A stretch of DNA of 63,996 bases, the filler included, from a bacterium (GTDB taxonomy: Bacteria; UBA9089; CG2-30-40-21; SBAY01), in assembly GCA_040757115.1 (NCBI GenBank). It is 12 parts of 12 records of this genome, joined end to end, with 100 filler letters (N's around TTAATTAATTAA, not from the genome) between each part and the next. Parts side by side here need not be neighbours in the genome. Positions count along the whole stretch, not along the records: positions 1 to 25,869 come from JBFLYA010000032.1; 11 more parts are not named here. One strand, 5' to 3'. Each line of letters starts with the position of its first letter. Positions within the stretch are counted from its first letter, which is position 1. The notes under the pieces were generated by a model. The model saw nothing but the letters and a program-made list of their open reading frames with translations. It ran no database searches and was not told the origin of the DNA. The position numbers and the translations under genes were made by a program. Shown here piece by piece: positions 1 through 10,962 of the stretch.

Positions 1-294
1 TAGCAGGGTTTCTCAAAGAGTTGGAGGAATTTGGTAATATCTTTGCTTCAAGTATTTTAACGCTGAAAGGAAAGAGATAATTTTACTGAACTTTGGCAAA
101 GATAGTTGATAGTTTATAGTTGATAGTAGATAGTTGAAGGACTATAGACTATAAACTATAAACCATAAACTATAAACTATACACTATACACTATAAACTA
201 TAAACGAGTTTTGCATTTTGCTCTTTGGAGGAAATCCCTTTTGGACACCAAATCTGCATAGATTTCACTATTAGAGTTATTTTCAGACACCACC
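1..294 (+). repeat. Composite repeat: 3' end of a four-helix-bundle gene remnant, low-complexity palindrome and IS1-like terminal sequence
   Basis: 1-80 reads AGFLKELEEFGNIFASSILTLKGKR*. Near-identical sequence occurs at 54969-55168 and, reversed, at 51038-51210. Ends in TTCAGACACCACC, like the IS1 remnant end at 40874-40886. Confidence 0.7.
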
Positions 295-598
295 CAGACT
301 TTTGAGCCTAATTTTGCCATCTTTGAGCAAAATAAACAGATTGATAAGGATAAAGAGAACTTTAGATAGCCTCAATAGTAGCATAAAATTTACGAAAGTC
401 CAGTTCATAAAATCCAGTTTTTAAGTTGTCGGACTTCTTATGTTAAAAATTAAAGTCAAAACCGATAAGAAAAAAAGGTAGATTTTATGTCAACAGCCTG
501 TCAAGGGGCAAGGTAGAAAATAAGTGGCAGTGCTTCTTGTTCCTTGCTTGTTGAACCTACTACCTGAGTAAATAATTACAAATAAAGGAGCTCTCATT

Positions 599-1528
599 AT
601 GCGAATCCTTTTTATGGGCACACCTGACTTTGCCCTTCCTTCATTAGAAAAAATAGCCAGAAGTGAATATGAATTAATTGGCGTCATTACCCAACCTGAT
701 AAACCTACTGGCAGAAGTTATAAAATCACTCCACCAAAAGTGAAAGAATTAGCCCAAAAGTTAAATCTTAAAGTCTGGCAACCAACCTCATTAAAAAATA
801 AAGAAGGATTGGAGCTCGTTAAACGACTTGAACCTGATTTAGTTATAGTCGTTGCCTTTGGCAAAATTCTATCACCCGAATTTTTGCACATACCTAAACT
901 CGGAAGTATAAATTTGCATGCCTCTTTATTACCAAAATATCGTGGTTCAGCACCAATTCAACGGGCAATAATTCAAGGAGAAACTAAAACAGGTGTTACC
1001 GTTATGTGGATAAGTGAAGAATTAGACGCAGGAGATATTATCTTACAACAAGAAGTAGAAATCTCATTTCTTGACACCGCCGGAACATTATCACAAAAGA
1101 TAGCTTCTACTGGCGCCGAACTCTTATTAAAGGCGATTAAACTAATTAAGGAAGAAAAAGCACCGCGGATAAAACAAGATACTTCTCAGGTAAGTTACGC
1201 TCCAAAATTAAACAAAGAAGATGGCTTGATTAATTGGAAAAAAACTAATCTGGAGATTTATAATCTTATCAGAGGTCTAAATCCATTCCCTGGAACACAT
1301 ATCTACTATAAAAATCAATTATTAAAGGTTTGGGAAACCGCAATAATAAATGAAGAAGGGTTACCTGGTCAGGTATTAAAGATTCTTAAAGATAAAGGAC
1401 CTGTAATTGGAACAGGTAAAGGTTGCCTCTTGATAAAACAAATTCAGCCTGCTAATAAAAAAAGGTTATCAGGGATTGAATTTGTCAATGGCTATAGAAT
1501 AAAAGAGGGGCAGATAATCGGTTATTAA
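599..1528 (+). CDS. fmt: Methionyl-tRNA formyltransferase
   Basis: MRILFMGTPDFA N-terminus and NLHASLLPKYRGSAPIQRAI motif; 309 aa. Confidence 0.97.
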   Translation: MRILFMGTPDFALPSLEKIARSEYELIGVITQPDKPTGRSYKITPPKVKELAQKLNLKVWQPTSLKNKEGLELVKRLEPDLVIVVAFGKILSPEFLHIPKLGSINLHASLLPKYRGSAPIQRAIIQGETKTGVTVMWISEELDAGDIILQQEVEISFLDTAGTLSQKIASTGAELLLKAIKLIKEEKAPRIKQDTSQVSYAPKLNKEDGLINWKKTNLEIYNLIRGLNPFPGTHIYYKNQLLKVWETAIINEEGLPGQVLKILKDKGPVIGTGKGCLLIKQIQPANKKRLSGIEFVNGYRIKEGQIIGY

Positions 1529-1583
1529 TCAACACGACACTCTTGATTCTTACTAATTACCGGTTACTTGCTTACTGATTACC

Positions 1584-1826
1584 TTATTTTTCAAGTGGAA
1601 CAATAATTGCCGTTTGAGTTCTTCGGATACCATTTACGGTTTGAATCTTGGATACAACCATCTCACCTAATTTTTCTAAGTTTTCTGCTTCTAATAAGGC
1701 AATAATATCATAAACCCCGGTCACGGCATTAGCACTTTTAACCCCAGTAATATTTCTGATGGTAAGACAGGCATTTCCCACTTTTCCACCTTCTGCTTCA
1801 ATTAAAATATAAGCATTGACGGCCAT
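1584..1826 (-). CDS. Lrp/AsnC ligand-binding (RAM) domain protein
   Basis: AYILI...VTGVYDIIA...GIRRTQTAI pattern. GGAGG RBS places the start at 1826 (80 aa). Confidence 0.85.
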   Translation of the reverse strand: MAVNAYILIEAEGGKVGNACLTIRNITGVKSANAVTGVYDIIALLEAENLEKLGEMVVSKIQTVNGIRRTQTAIIVPLEK

Positions 1827-1908
1827 TTTTTTACCTCCTGAAAACAATGAGCAGTCATCAGTATGCAAAAATCAGTCCCTTTGCTCTCTGATGGCTGAAC
1901 GCTTACTA

Positions 1909-2634
1909 TTACTTGAGTGTAATTTCATATTTTTCTCTTAAAAGGGAAACTAATTGCATCATATCACGAATAACCGCATGAGGTTTGGTATTTCCTTCAT
2001 TAAAGGCATATTTGCCACCTCGCTGGTAAAAAACAGTAATTAATCCAGCTTCATTTGCCGGGTCAATGTCATTTGTCGGATGGTCACCAACATACATTGC
2101 TTCTTGCGGTGCAATTTCAAGCATTTCACAGGCGCGGCTAAAAAGTAATGGGTCGGGTTTACGAATACCCATTTCTTCGACAAAAAACATCGCCTTTTTA
2201 TCAAAATATTTCAATAATCCAAGCCGAATAATCTTCTCTATCTGCTTCAAGGTGATACCATTAGAAATAATCCCTAATTTTATTTCCTCGCACTTTGATA
2301 ACACATCTAATGCCCATTCTACATCCGGAAAAGGTTTTAATTCTCTTACCTTAGCGTCATGATAGGCAACTATACCTGTGGCAATAATAATAGATTTATT
2401 CACATCTAATTTTATATTTAAACGAGCAATAAGTTCATCGTAGTGCCGTTCATAGTTAGCCCCAAAATCTTTAGTCACCTTCTCTAATTCTTCAAATGCC
2501 TTAAACTCATCTACTCTTAAACCTGCATCTACCATAGCTCTAATCGCACTCATTCGAGCTAAACGAGTGAATTCCGTCGTGGAATAAAGTGTATCATCTA
2601 TATCAAAAAATATAACTTTTAAATTTGTTCCCAT
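1909..2634 (-). CDS. HAD-superfamily hydrolase (TIGR02253-like)
   Basis: Motif I FFDIDDTLY, motif II ISNG, motif III RKP, motif IV YVGDHPTND. Confidence 0.9.
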   Translation of the reverse strand: MGTNLKVIFFDIDDTLYSTTEFTRLARMSAIRAMVDAGLRVDEFKAFEELEKVTKDFGANYERHYDELIARLNIKLDVNKSIIIATGIVAYHDAKVRELKPFPDVEWALDVLSKCEEIKLGIISNGITLKQIEKIIRLGLLKYFDKKAMFFVEEMGIRKPDPLLFSRACEMLEIAPQEAMYVGDHPTNDIDPANEAGLITVFYQRGGKYAFNEGNTKPHAVIRDMMQLVSLLREKYEITLK

Positions 2635-2838
2635 CTTTAATTATACCTTCCTTGACTGATAGAAAATTGCTTTTTGAACATTTTGGATGTTACCTTCTCT
2701 TTTGCCTCGTTAGATAATTTTTTTATCTAACGGATTTTGTTGGGGATATTTTACCAAAAATTTTACCCTGTGTCAACAAAAATTTCGACCTGTGTGTAAT
2801 GCGTCAGTGAGAGCGTTGCGTAGGACTTAAAGCTATAT

Positions 2839-3684
2839 CTACGGTCCCAGGTATTGCTTTACCTCATTTTTTGCCATCTTTTTGTTTCTCTTGACATTTT
2901 GAAGTCCCAAAAGACAACCCAAAGGGTCATTAACCAGTCGATAAAAGGGCATATCTTTAACTTCTGGCATAATTATCTCCAGTGGAGCCTTCCCGCTACC
3001 TGGTTGTTGCAAAAACAGATACATTACCAGAAAACACAAAAGTCCTCTCCTGGCACTCCCTACTGAAAAAAACCCACATCTTTTCTTGTAGAATTGGTTG
3101 AAATCCCTAAAAAACCGCTCTATGACATTGTTTGTCTTTGGAAACTTCTTACTCCCTATAGCAGGCAGAAGATTTGGCAATATCTTCTCTGTGTTCTCTA
3201 TCCAGCCTTGAATACCTAATTCCTTTCCATTCTCCTTCAGTCTTCCCAATCTCCTCTTTGCTGTCCGTTTATCATTAGTTTGCAATACCTTCTTTAGTTC
3301 CTTCTTCCGCTCTTTGATTACTTCCTTTTCCTCTTCACCACCATTATCAAATTGTTTTTTTACCCACCGACTCATAGCTTCCTGATGATGAAAATGACAT
3401 AACAAATGCTTTATACATTTCCCTAACGCTTCTCTGATATATACGTATCCCGCCATCCCATCCGTAATAAATACGCTGGGTATTTGTCCCAACATCTTTA
3501 GTTGATACCCTATCCACCAACATGCCCATTTCCCTCTCGACTCCAAAAGTGATGTCAGTATTGGTAACCCTGCCCTCGCCTCTAATACTACAAACCAATA
3601 ATACCATTTCCCTTGTATCTTTAGCCACTTCTCATCTATATACACCATAGTTGCCTTTACCTGCTTCTTTATCCACTCAGACAC
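2839..3684 (-). mobile_element. DDE transposase (IS6/ISH6-like), 5'-truncated
   Basis: YIDEKWLKIQGKWYY, FITDGMAGY, LCHFHH and TNNVIERFFR give a DDE triad. Confidence 0.75.
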
Positions 3685-3834
3685 TAATGGTCAAATCTCC
3701 AAACCTAATCCAACTATCCATCGTCCTACCGTAAATGGATTTTTTTAAAAAACTTATTTGGGTCTCTCTATATATTAAAACGGATTTATAATCATAAATC
3801 GGACATAATCTAAAAAAATTTATAAAGGGAAGTT

Positions 3835-4035
3835 ATGCACAATATTCACGATAGAACACAAGACCTCATTATGAAAGCCAAATCAGGTAACAGAGAGGCA
3901 CTAAATGCTCTCTTAATTCGATACCAGGAGAGGATACTTCGTATTGTACGATTACGGCTTAATCCTAAACTTCGGCAATGGCTACAGTCAGTAGATATTC
4001 TCCAGGAGGCACTTATTTCAGCTTCAAGAGGTTAG
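3835..4035 (+). pseudogene. ECF sigma factor N-terminal fragment
   Basis: AKSGNREALNALLIRYQERILRIVRLRL...SVDILQEA is sigma region 2; the ORF stops after 66 aa. Confidence 0.75.
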
Positions 4036-4349
4036 TGAACAAGAAAACACCCATTATATTGCTATGGAATATATCCCTGGTGTGTCACTCGATAAACTCA
4101 TCAGTGCCCTGTCATTGCAAAAGAAGAAAAATCCTACCATAGAAGAAATAAACTCTCTCTTTACAGAGATTTTTATCTCTTTTGTCCCTTTAGATAAAAA
4201 AGAGGAGTTCAATCTATCAAAATTTGGAGATTCATATAGTCACTTTGTATCGGCACTGATAACAGAAGTTGCTGAGGTTTTGGATTATGCCCATCAAAGA
4301 GAGGTGTATCATCGAGATATAAAACCATCTAATATTATCCTGAGACTAG
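4034..4349 (+). pseudogene. Ser/Thr protein kinase internal fragment
   Basis: HYIAMEYIPG...LDYAHQREVYHRDIKPSNII, with no N-lobe and no DFG. Cut by an inserted element at 4350. Confidence 0.8.
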
Positions 4350-4732
4350 TGCTCTGTCACAGAAATTTCTGATAGATTGGTAGCCGCAGGTTTCAGCCTG
4401 CGATCATTTCGCAACCTAATTGCTTTTTCATAAATAGGTTCCTCTTTTGGGGAGAGCGATAGCAAGAAGAACTTTAATGTAAATATCAAAATGCAAATAT
4501 CAAAATTACAATGCAAAATGCAAAAATACTTGTAAATTAACAAAGTAGCTGGAGAATATTTTGATTTTTGATTTGTAATTTTACATTTTGATGTTTGATT
4601 TTTAATTTATTTTATGGTATTCCAGAAAAGTGGAAGTTAATTTTGCAAAAACCATAAGGTTGCGGCTACCACTGAAGCAAGAACAGATAGTCGCACAGGA
4701 AGCAGACTATTAAAAACTTATGTGACAGTGCA
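4350..4732. mobile_element. Non-autonomous element (MITE) with CTAG flanks
   Basis: TIRs TGCTCTGTCACAGAAATTT / AAACTTATGTGACAGTGCA, with CTAG at 4346-4349 and 4733-4736. Nested internal inverted repeats GGTAGCCGCA...TGCGGCTACC. Confidence 0.7.
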
Positions 4733-5050
4733 CTAGAAGTGAGGAAGGGACACGGAGTTGGGAGACATTTTTCTCAATTAAGGATACATGTCGAAAGCTT
4801 GGAGTGAATTTTCGTAACTATCTGTACGATAGACTTTCTGGAGAATACAGGCTGCCATCCTTGGCAGAAATGATTGGAAAGGCAAGTACAGTTTGTTGTC
4901 CATGTGGCCCTTCGCCATAAAAAACGGTTCTTTAGATATTATGTGGCTGTTGAAGCTGTAAGGTGCAGATTGCCACTTGATGGTGAGCAGTTACCTAAAA
5001 ATGTAGAAAAATGCTAAAAAAAAAAACAGAAAAATGCTACAATTTTTAAC

Positions 5051-5079
5051 TTGACATATAGATGATTACAATGTATATT
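5051..5079 (+). promoter_or_regulatory. Sigma70-type promoter upstream of the response regulator
   Basis: TTGACA-17 bp-TATATT. Confidence 0.6.
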
Positions 5080-5175
5080 TAAATAAGTTAGAATACAGAA
5101 TTGGACAGATTTAAGGACACGGATAAACAGATTTTTTAATTTAGGATTTATTATCCTTAAAATGAGAAAGCAAAT

Positions 5176-5855
5176 ATGAAACCTGCAATTTCTAAAAATA
5201 TACTAATAGTAGATGATGACAAGACTTTCTTAGAGAGTCTAACAACTGGTTTAGGTGAGGAATATCCAGTAGTGGATGGAGGGGAAGGAAAAGAGGCAAT
5301 TGATGTAGTAAGAAAAAGTGCAATAGATGTAGCCAGAGGGGATATAAAATTACTTGATATAGACGGACTTGAGGTACTTCAAGAAATAAAAGAAATAAAT
5401 AATAAGATAGGAGTTATTTTAATTTTTGATAAGCCAAATGATATAAAAAACCTGAAAACAAGGATAAAAAGTCTATTAAAATTAAGGAGAGATAACACTT
5501 ATAATTTTAGAGAATATCCATTAGATTTAGAGAATCGGATTGATAGAGTAAAAGATTGCTTAAGACAAATAATGGTAAATATAAATTATACGAGGTCGCC
5601 CATGAGATAGGATTAAGTCCAAAACACCTGAGTAGAATATTTAGGGAAAATAATGGTAAAAGTTTTACGCAACTACGAATAGAAATAAAAATGGAATATG
5701 CAAAACACCTACTAAAAAATACCAACTTAACTATAGACCAGATAACTTACGAACTTGGCTATTCACACTGGAGTTCTTTTACGAGAATGTTTAAAAAGAA
5801 GAATGGAGGTTCACCGACTTCATATCGTAAGACAAATAAAATGGTTGCTACTTAA
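5176..5855 (+). pseudogene. Response regulator, receiver plus AraC HTH (YesN-like), frameshifted
   Basis: ILIVDDD receiver in 5176-5610 and AraC HTH (LYEVAHEIGLSPKHLSRIF...LGYSHWSSFTRMFKK) in another frame at 5556-5855. The receiver also appears internally deleted before KP. Confidence 0.8.
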
Positions 5856-5879
5856 AGTTTTATTAGTAATCCTTTAAGA

Positions 5880-5993
5880 AAATAAAAAAATAGAGGGCAG
5901 GACAAAGAAAATTTAGACTCCGCACAAGTCTGATAGAGCAATCCCCAAAAATTAATTTTCGGGAGAATGCCTTCTTTGTCTTGTGCCCTCTTC
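5880..5993 (-). ncRNA. Candidate small structured RNA (three-way junction)
   Basis: Minus-strand TTGACA(6027-6022)-17-TATCAT(6004-5999), followed by a self-complementary ~110 nt sequence with two inner hairpins and a U-tract. Confidence 0.4.
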
Positions 5994-6096
5994 TATAAAT
6001 GATACACTATTTTAATAGAGATGTCAAGAAAAATGCATTTTTTTCCAGAATGAACAAAGTAAATTCTTATCAGACACTTATAAGGAGACACTATAT

Positions 6097-8436
6097 ATGA
6101 AAAAAATTATTGAATCTTGGGCTAATTTTGTAGTTAAACATCGTATATTCGTAATTTTAGGTACTATAATTTTAGTAGGCACCTTATTTCTACCTATGAA
6201 AGGACTTTTTTTTAATAATTCCGATGAACTATGGTTTGTGACTAATGATCCGGATCTGGTTAATTATAGAGTGTTCAAAGAACGTTTTGGTGCAGATGAT
6301 TATATTGTAGTTGGCTTAGAAGGCAAAAAGCAGGATAAAAATATATTTAATGCAGAAACATTAAAGGTTATTTCTGAAATCAGTACTTTTCTGGAAGATC
6401 ATAAAGATATTGATAAGGTAGTGTCAATTAGTAACTATCAGTATATTCATGCAGATGAAGATGTCTTGCAGGTGGACAGAATTGTGCCGGAAGAATTAGA
6501 AGATTTATCTTCATTTCAAATAGAGGAAATGTTGCAAATTATGCAAAAAGAAACCATAATTCATGATAGGATCATTGCTAAAGATTTTCGTCATACTTTG
6601 ATTTTAGGTCGGTTAGTTAAAATAAGCGAAGATAATAGCAATTATGTACGACTGGTACATGATCTAAAAAAATTTATTGCAGATCAAAAATACCAACAAA
6701 AAGGCTGGATTTTTCACTATTTCGGAAATCCAGCTGTTTCAGAAGCTCTTTTTACCCTAAGCATGCATGACTCTAATAAAATTCATCCTTTAATGTTTTT
6801 AATGCTGATCATTTTACTCTTGCTTTTTTTCCGAACCATAACCGGACTTTTCATGCCCTTAATCGTAGTTGCTGGTGCGATTATTACTACTTTTGGCATA
6901 TTAGGCCTTTCAGGCTGGGGGTTAAATCCTCTAACCATATCCTTGAATTTACTAATTATAGCAGTGGGTATTGGTGATGCGATTCATATTATTACAAAGT
7001 TTTATAAATTTCGTGCTCAGGGATTAGAATCAAAGGCAGCAGCAGTAGAATCGCTTAAACATTTATTTATACCCTGTTTTTATACCTCGTTAACCACGGT
7101 TTTTGGTTTTATGGCTATTAGTGTCAGCAGTCATATAGCAGCTATCAGAGAATTTGGGATACTGGCAATGATAGGTATTACTATGGCCTTTATTTTATCT
7201 GTGACAATAATGCCAGCACTTTTAAGTTTAATACCTGGAAAGGATACAGGAGCACTCAGAATAGTGGAAAATAGTATTGTTACCCGTTTAACTGCTAAGT
7301 TACTTGCTTTCAATGTTAAAAACCATAAAAGTATTATAGTAGTAGCTTTAATATTTATTCTGGCTTCTCTGTTAATGACGACTACTATTTCATTAGATAC
7401 AGGTATAGAGAGTTACTTTAAACCACAGGATAAAATTCGGATGGACTTGGATTATGCTGATAAAATCTATAAAGCCGGTAGTAGGTTAGAGATTATGTTG
7501 GACAGTGGCAAGGGAAATGGCTTAAAAGATCCTGACTATTTAAACCATGCCTTAGAGTTTCAAAATTATCTGGAACAAAAAATCCACATGGGTAAAGTCA
7601 ATTCCTATCTTAATTATCTTTGTAAGATGAATCAGACTATGCATAATAATGATCCTGCCTACTATAAAATTCCCTTAAGCTCAGAATTAATTGCGCAGTA
7701 TTTGTTGCTCTATACCAGTTCCGGGCCAAATGAAGATTTATCTGATTTAAAAACTTTTGATAATCGATATATGCGGATTTCCGTCAACATGAAAATGCTG
7801 ACTTCATTTAAGACAAATAAGGAAATTAAAGCAATCCGAGATATATTGCAAAAGGATTTCAAAAATTTAAATGGAGTTGTCACCGGAACAACTGTTTTAG
7901 ATAGTGGTCGGGATAAATATGTTCTAACCGGCTTACTGAAATCATTCTCTTTAGCTGTAATTTTAATTACTCTCTGTTTCTTAGTGATTTTCCGTTCAAT
8001 TAAATACGGAATATTAGTTCTGTTGCCCAGTTTATTTCCTATTGTTTTTGCTGGAGGGATTATGGGAATCAGTGGAATAAATTTAGATCTACCCAATATG
8101 ATTATTGCTGCTATTATTTTTGGAATCACAGTGGATGATTCCATTCATTTTATGACACATTATCTTAACTCTCGACGTCAGGGAGATAGTATAGAAGTGG
8201 CCATTCAGGCATCTATCCGGGAATCAGGACAAGCTATAATTTTTACATCCCTGATTTTATTCTTAAGCTTTAGTATTTTAGCGCTATCTGCTTTTGTGCC
8301 TAATGTTCATATGGGAGTATTCTCCGCCCTGATAGTTTTAGTGGCTTTGTTTGCTACCCTGATATTATTACCGGCAATTCTATTAGGTATAGGTAAAAGG
8401 GCTCAACGTGGATGCGTGGGGGTAGATGTTGAATAA
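6097..8436 (+). CDS. MMPL/RND family transporter
   Basis: Two repeats of TM plus periplasmic domain; GIGDAIH and GITVDDSIH motifs; 779 aa. Confidence 0.92.
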   Translation: MKKIIESWANFVVKHRIFVILGTIILVGTLFLPMKGLFFNNSDELWFVTNDPDLVNYRVFKERFGADDYIVVGLEGKKQDKNIFNAETLKVISEISTFLEDHKDIDKVVSISNYQYIHADEDVLQVDRIVPEELEDLSSFQIEEMLQIMQKETIIHDRIIAKDFRHTLILGRLVKISEDNSNYVRLVHDLKKFIADQKYQQKGWIFHYFGNPAVSEALFTLSMHDSNKIHPLMFLMLIILLLLFFRTITGLFMPLIVVAGAIITTFGILGLSGWGLNPLTISLNLLIIAVGIGDAIHIITKFYKFRAQGLESKAAAVESLKHLFIPCFYTSLTTVFGFMAISVSSHIAAIREFGILAMIGITMAFILSVTIMPALLSLIPGKDTGALRIVENSIVTRLTAKLLAFNVKNHKSIIVVALIFILASLLMTTTISLDTGIESYFKPQDKIRMDLDYADKIYKAGSRLEIMLDSGKGNGLKDPDYLNHALEFQNYLEQKIHMGKVNSYLNYLCKMNQTMHNNDPAYYKIPLSSELIAQYLLLYTSSGPNEDLSDLKTFDNRYMRISVNMKMLTSFKTNKEIKAIRDILQKDFKNLNGVVTGTTVLDSGRDKYVLTGLLKSFSLAVILITLCFLVIFRSIKYGILVLLPSLFPIVFAGGIMGISGINLDLPNMIIAAIIFGITVDDSIHFMTHYLNSRRQGDSIEVAIQASIRESGQAIIFTSLILFLSFSILALSAFVPNVHMGVFSALIVLVALFATLILLPAILLGIGKRAQRGCVGVDVE

Positions 8437-8577
8437 CTGTCATTCTGAGCAGATATCGGTAAAATACTCAGGTCTCCCAAGTGAGTCATTGTGTCATGTA
8501 TTTGTATAAACCGGAGACATAGGTAACACTTTATAATTAGCTTTGACAATATGAAGTCGGTATAAGGGAGTTTAAAA

Positions 8578-9432
8578 ATGTACAAATTATATCATCGTAG
8601 ACAGCTATTTATATTTACTATAATTTTAGTTTTTATTTTTATATGCCCAGGAATAATGGCTGTCAGTCAGGATAGCGATGATGACATAGATGCTGATTAT
8701 ATAATGTATAAAATGGATAATCTTGAAGATGGTGATACTGCTATTATGGATTTAACTATGGTGCTGATCAATAGGGCAGGTAATAAAAAAATTAGAAAAT
8801 TAAAAGCTTTTAGAAAAGACTATGGAAAAGATTCAAAATCTTTAGCCTTTTTTCTCACACCAGCAGATGTTAAAAACACAGCGTTTTTAGGATTTAATTG
8901 GGATGATCTGAAAAAAGAAGATGATATCTGGATATACTTGCCAGCTTTACATAAAGCTAAGCGGATTGCTTCCAGTAATAAGAAAGATGCCTATATGGGA
9001 AGTGATTTTAGCTATGCAGATATAAATGGTTTAGACATCAGAAATTGGCAACATAGTATAAAAGAAAGCACAGATGAAGTGGATGGTTATGCCTGCTGGG
9101 TTATTGAATCAGTACCTAAAGATAATATAAAAGAAAAAGTGATAAATGAGACAGGGTATATTAAAACTCTGACATGGGTAAGAAAAGACAACTTTATTAT
9201 GGTACAAAGAAAGATATGGGTTAAGCAAGGTAATAGGGTTAAATATCTCAAAGCTTCAGATATAGAAAAAATACAGGATATATGGACAACTAAAAAAATG
9301 AAAATGATTACCACCAAAAATAACCGCAAAGAACATGAATCAATCTTTATCATAGACAAGATTTCCTACAATCAGGAAATGAATGATAATATTTTTACCT
9401 TACAGCATATGGAAAGAGGTTTAAATGAATAA
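8578..9432 (+). CDS. Outer-membrane lipoprotein-sorting (LolA-like) protein
   Basis: Signal peptide; FLTPADVKNTAFL, WIYLPALHKAKRI and MGSDFSYAD motifs. Confidence 0.88.
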   Translation: MYKLYHRRQLFIFTIILVFIFICPGIMAVSQDSDDDIDADYIMYKMDNLEDGDTAIMDLTMVLINRAGNKKIRKLKAFRKDYGKDSKSLAFFLTPADVKNTAFLGFNWDDLKKEDDIWIYLPALHKAKRIASSNKKDAYMGSDFSYADINGLDIRNWQHSIKESTDEVDGYACWVIESVPKDNIKEKVINETGYIKTLTWVRKDNFIMVQRKIWVKQGNRVKYLKASDIEKIQDIWTTKKMKMITTKNNRKEHESIFIIDKISYNQEMNDNIFTLQHMERGLNE

Positions 9433-10780
9433 AAATTACGTGCCCCTCATTTTTGGCTGGGTGGGTATGTTGATAAGTACTATAGTTTTTGCTCAAGATA
9501 GTAATGATTTTTTCTCTGATTTTTTGCAAGAAGATACTTATTTTTTTAATTCGTCAGGGGGGGTTGCCTTAAGTGGTTTTTATAAGCAGGAAATCGCTTA
9601 TAGTTATAATTCTTCAGACTCAAACTTTAATTTTGTGCGACAACAGCCTGAAATATCTAAAATTAAATCAATCTTAGATATTACTTTGGATGCTAAAATC
9701 TTAAATCAGATTAAATTAAAATTAAATGGAAGATTTTTTTATGATAGCTATTATCTGCTCAAAGGCCGAGAAAAATTTTCCAGCCAATTATTAGAAGCAC
9801 ATGAAAGAGAAATAGATGTTGGGGAAAGTTTTATAGAAGCAAGTATCACAGATTATATGTGGTTAAAATCCGGTCGTCAGATAATTGCCTGGGGAGAATC
9901 TGATATCTATCAGAATACCAATGTTATTAATCCCCAGGACAATCGGGAATTAGGTCAGGAGGATATAACAGACAGATATATTCCTGCTTTGGCTACTAAA
10001 CTTACTTATCTGGCAAACACTGGGGAAATAAATCTGGCAGTTATTCATGAAGTAAGAGCCAACAAATATGGTGCCAGCGGGTCAGACTATGATCCCTATA
10101 TCAGACTTAGAAGTGAAGAAGATATAATTATCAGAGAAAAACTTCCCCCAAGTACTCTGGATAACACTCAGTGGGGATTTCGGTTACGAAAAGCTTTGCA
10201 TAGCGGAGATGTTAGCTTAATTTACGCTGATGTATTTGACAAAAATCCATACTTATATTTTGATGATGAAAATGTTACCCTCAATCTCAATCGTATTCAG
10301 GTATATGGAATAGCCGGTAATTATGTGTTAGGGCAGTGGTTATATAAATTTGATATTGCCAGAAAAATTAAAAGTATATTAATGCATAAAGACATGACTG
10401 AATTTAGCCATAAGAATATAATCCAGGGCATGATAGGCATTGATTTTACTGGAATAACCGATTTAAGATTAACTTTAGAAATTAACCACACCCTAATTGA
10501 AGCATATAAAAAAAATTTACAAGATGATGAATTATCAAGAGAATGGTTGATTACAGCTACATATAATATGTTTAATAATTGTTTACATCACAATTTATTT
10601 TGGACACACTTATCTAACAATAATGGTGATATTTTTGAATTGGAAACAGTATATGCTTATTCGGATGATATTCAAATTTCTATAGGAACCATATTTTATA
10701 TGGCCTCTGATAAAAAAGGGTTCATTTATCCATACAGAAACAATAATCGGATTTTTGCTGGGGTTAAATATAGTTTTTGA
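9425..10780 (+). CDS. Outer-membrane beta-barrel protein (DUF1302-like)
   Basis: Signal peptide, GRQIIAWGESD motif, C-terminal YSF. Follows the MMPL and LolA-like genes. Confidence 0.75.
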   Translation: MNKNYVPLIFGWVGMLISTIVFAQDSNDFFSDFLQEDTYFFNSSGGVALSGFYKQEIAYSYNSSDSNFNFVRQQPEISKIKSILDITLDAKILNQIKLKLNGRFFYDSYYLLKGREKFSSQLLEAHEREIDVGESFIEASITDYMWLKSGRQIIAWGESDIYQNTNVINPQDNRELGQEDITDRYIPALATKLTYLANTGEINLAVIHEVRANKYGASGSDYDPYIRLRSEEDIIIREKLPPSTLDNTQWGFRLRKALHSGDVSLIYADVFDKNPYLYFDDENVTLNLNRIQVYGIAGNYVLGQWLYKFDIARKIKSILMHKDMTEFSHKNIIQGMIGIDFTGITDLRLTLEINHTLIEAYKKNLQDDELSREWLITATYNMFNNCLHHNLFWTHLSNNNGDIFELETVYAYSDDIQISIGTIFYMASDKKGFIYPYRNNNRIFAGVKYSF

Positions 10781-10962
10781 TGATTTAAGTGACATATTAA
10801 CAAATCAGGAGCTGTATTGTGTGAACTATCATATCTTTTATTTTTAGACTCCAACGGTCACAATAGGTATAATTAGGAAAGAAAGTTTGGCTCTACGCGG
10901 ATTCTCAGATGGGACAGATTCTGGTTCATCAATTCTTTTAATTCAGAAAGAAGGTAAAAGAA

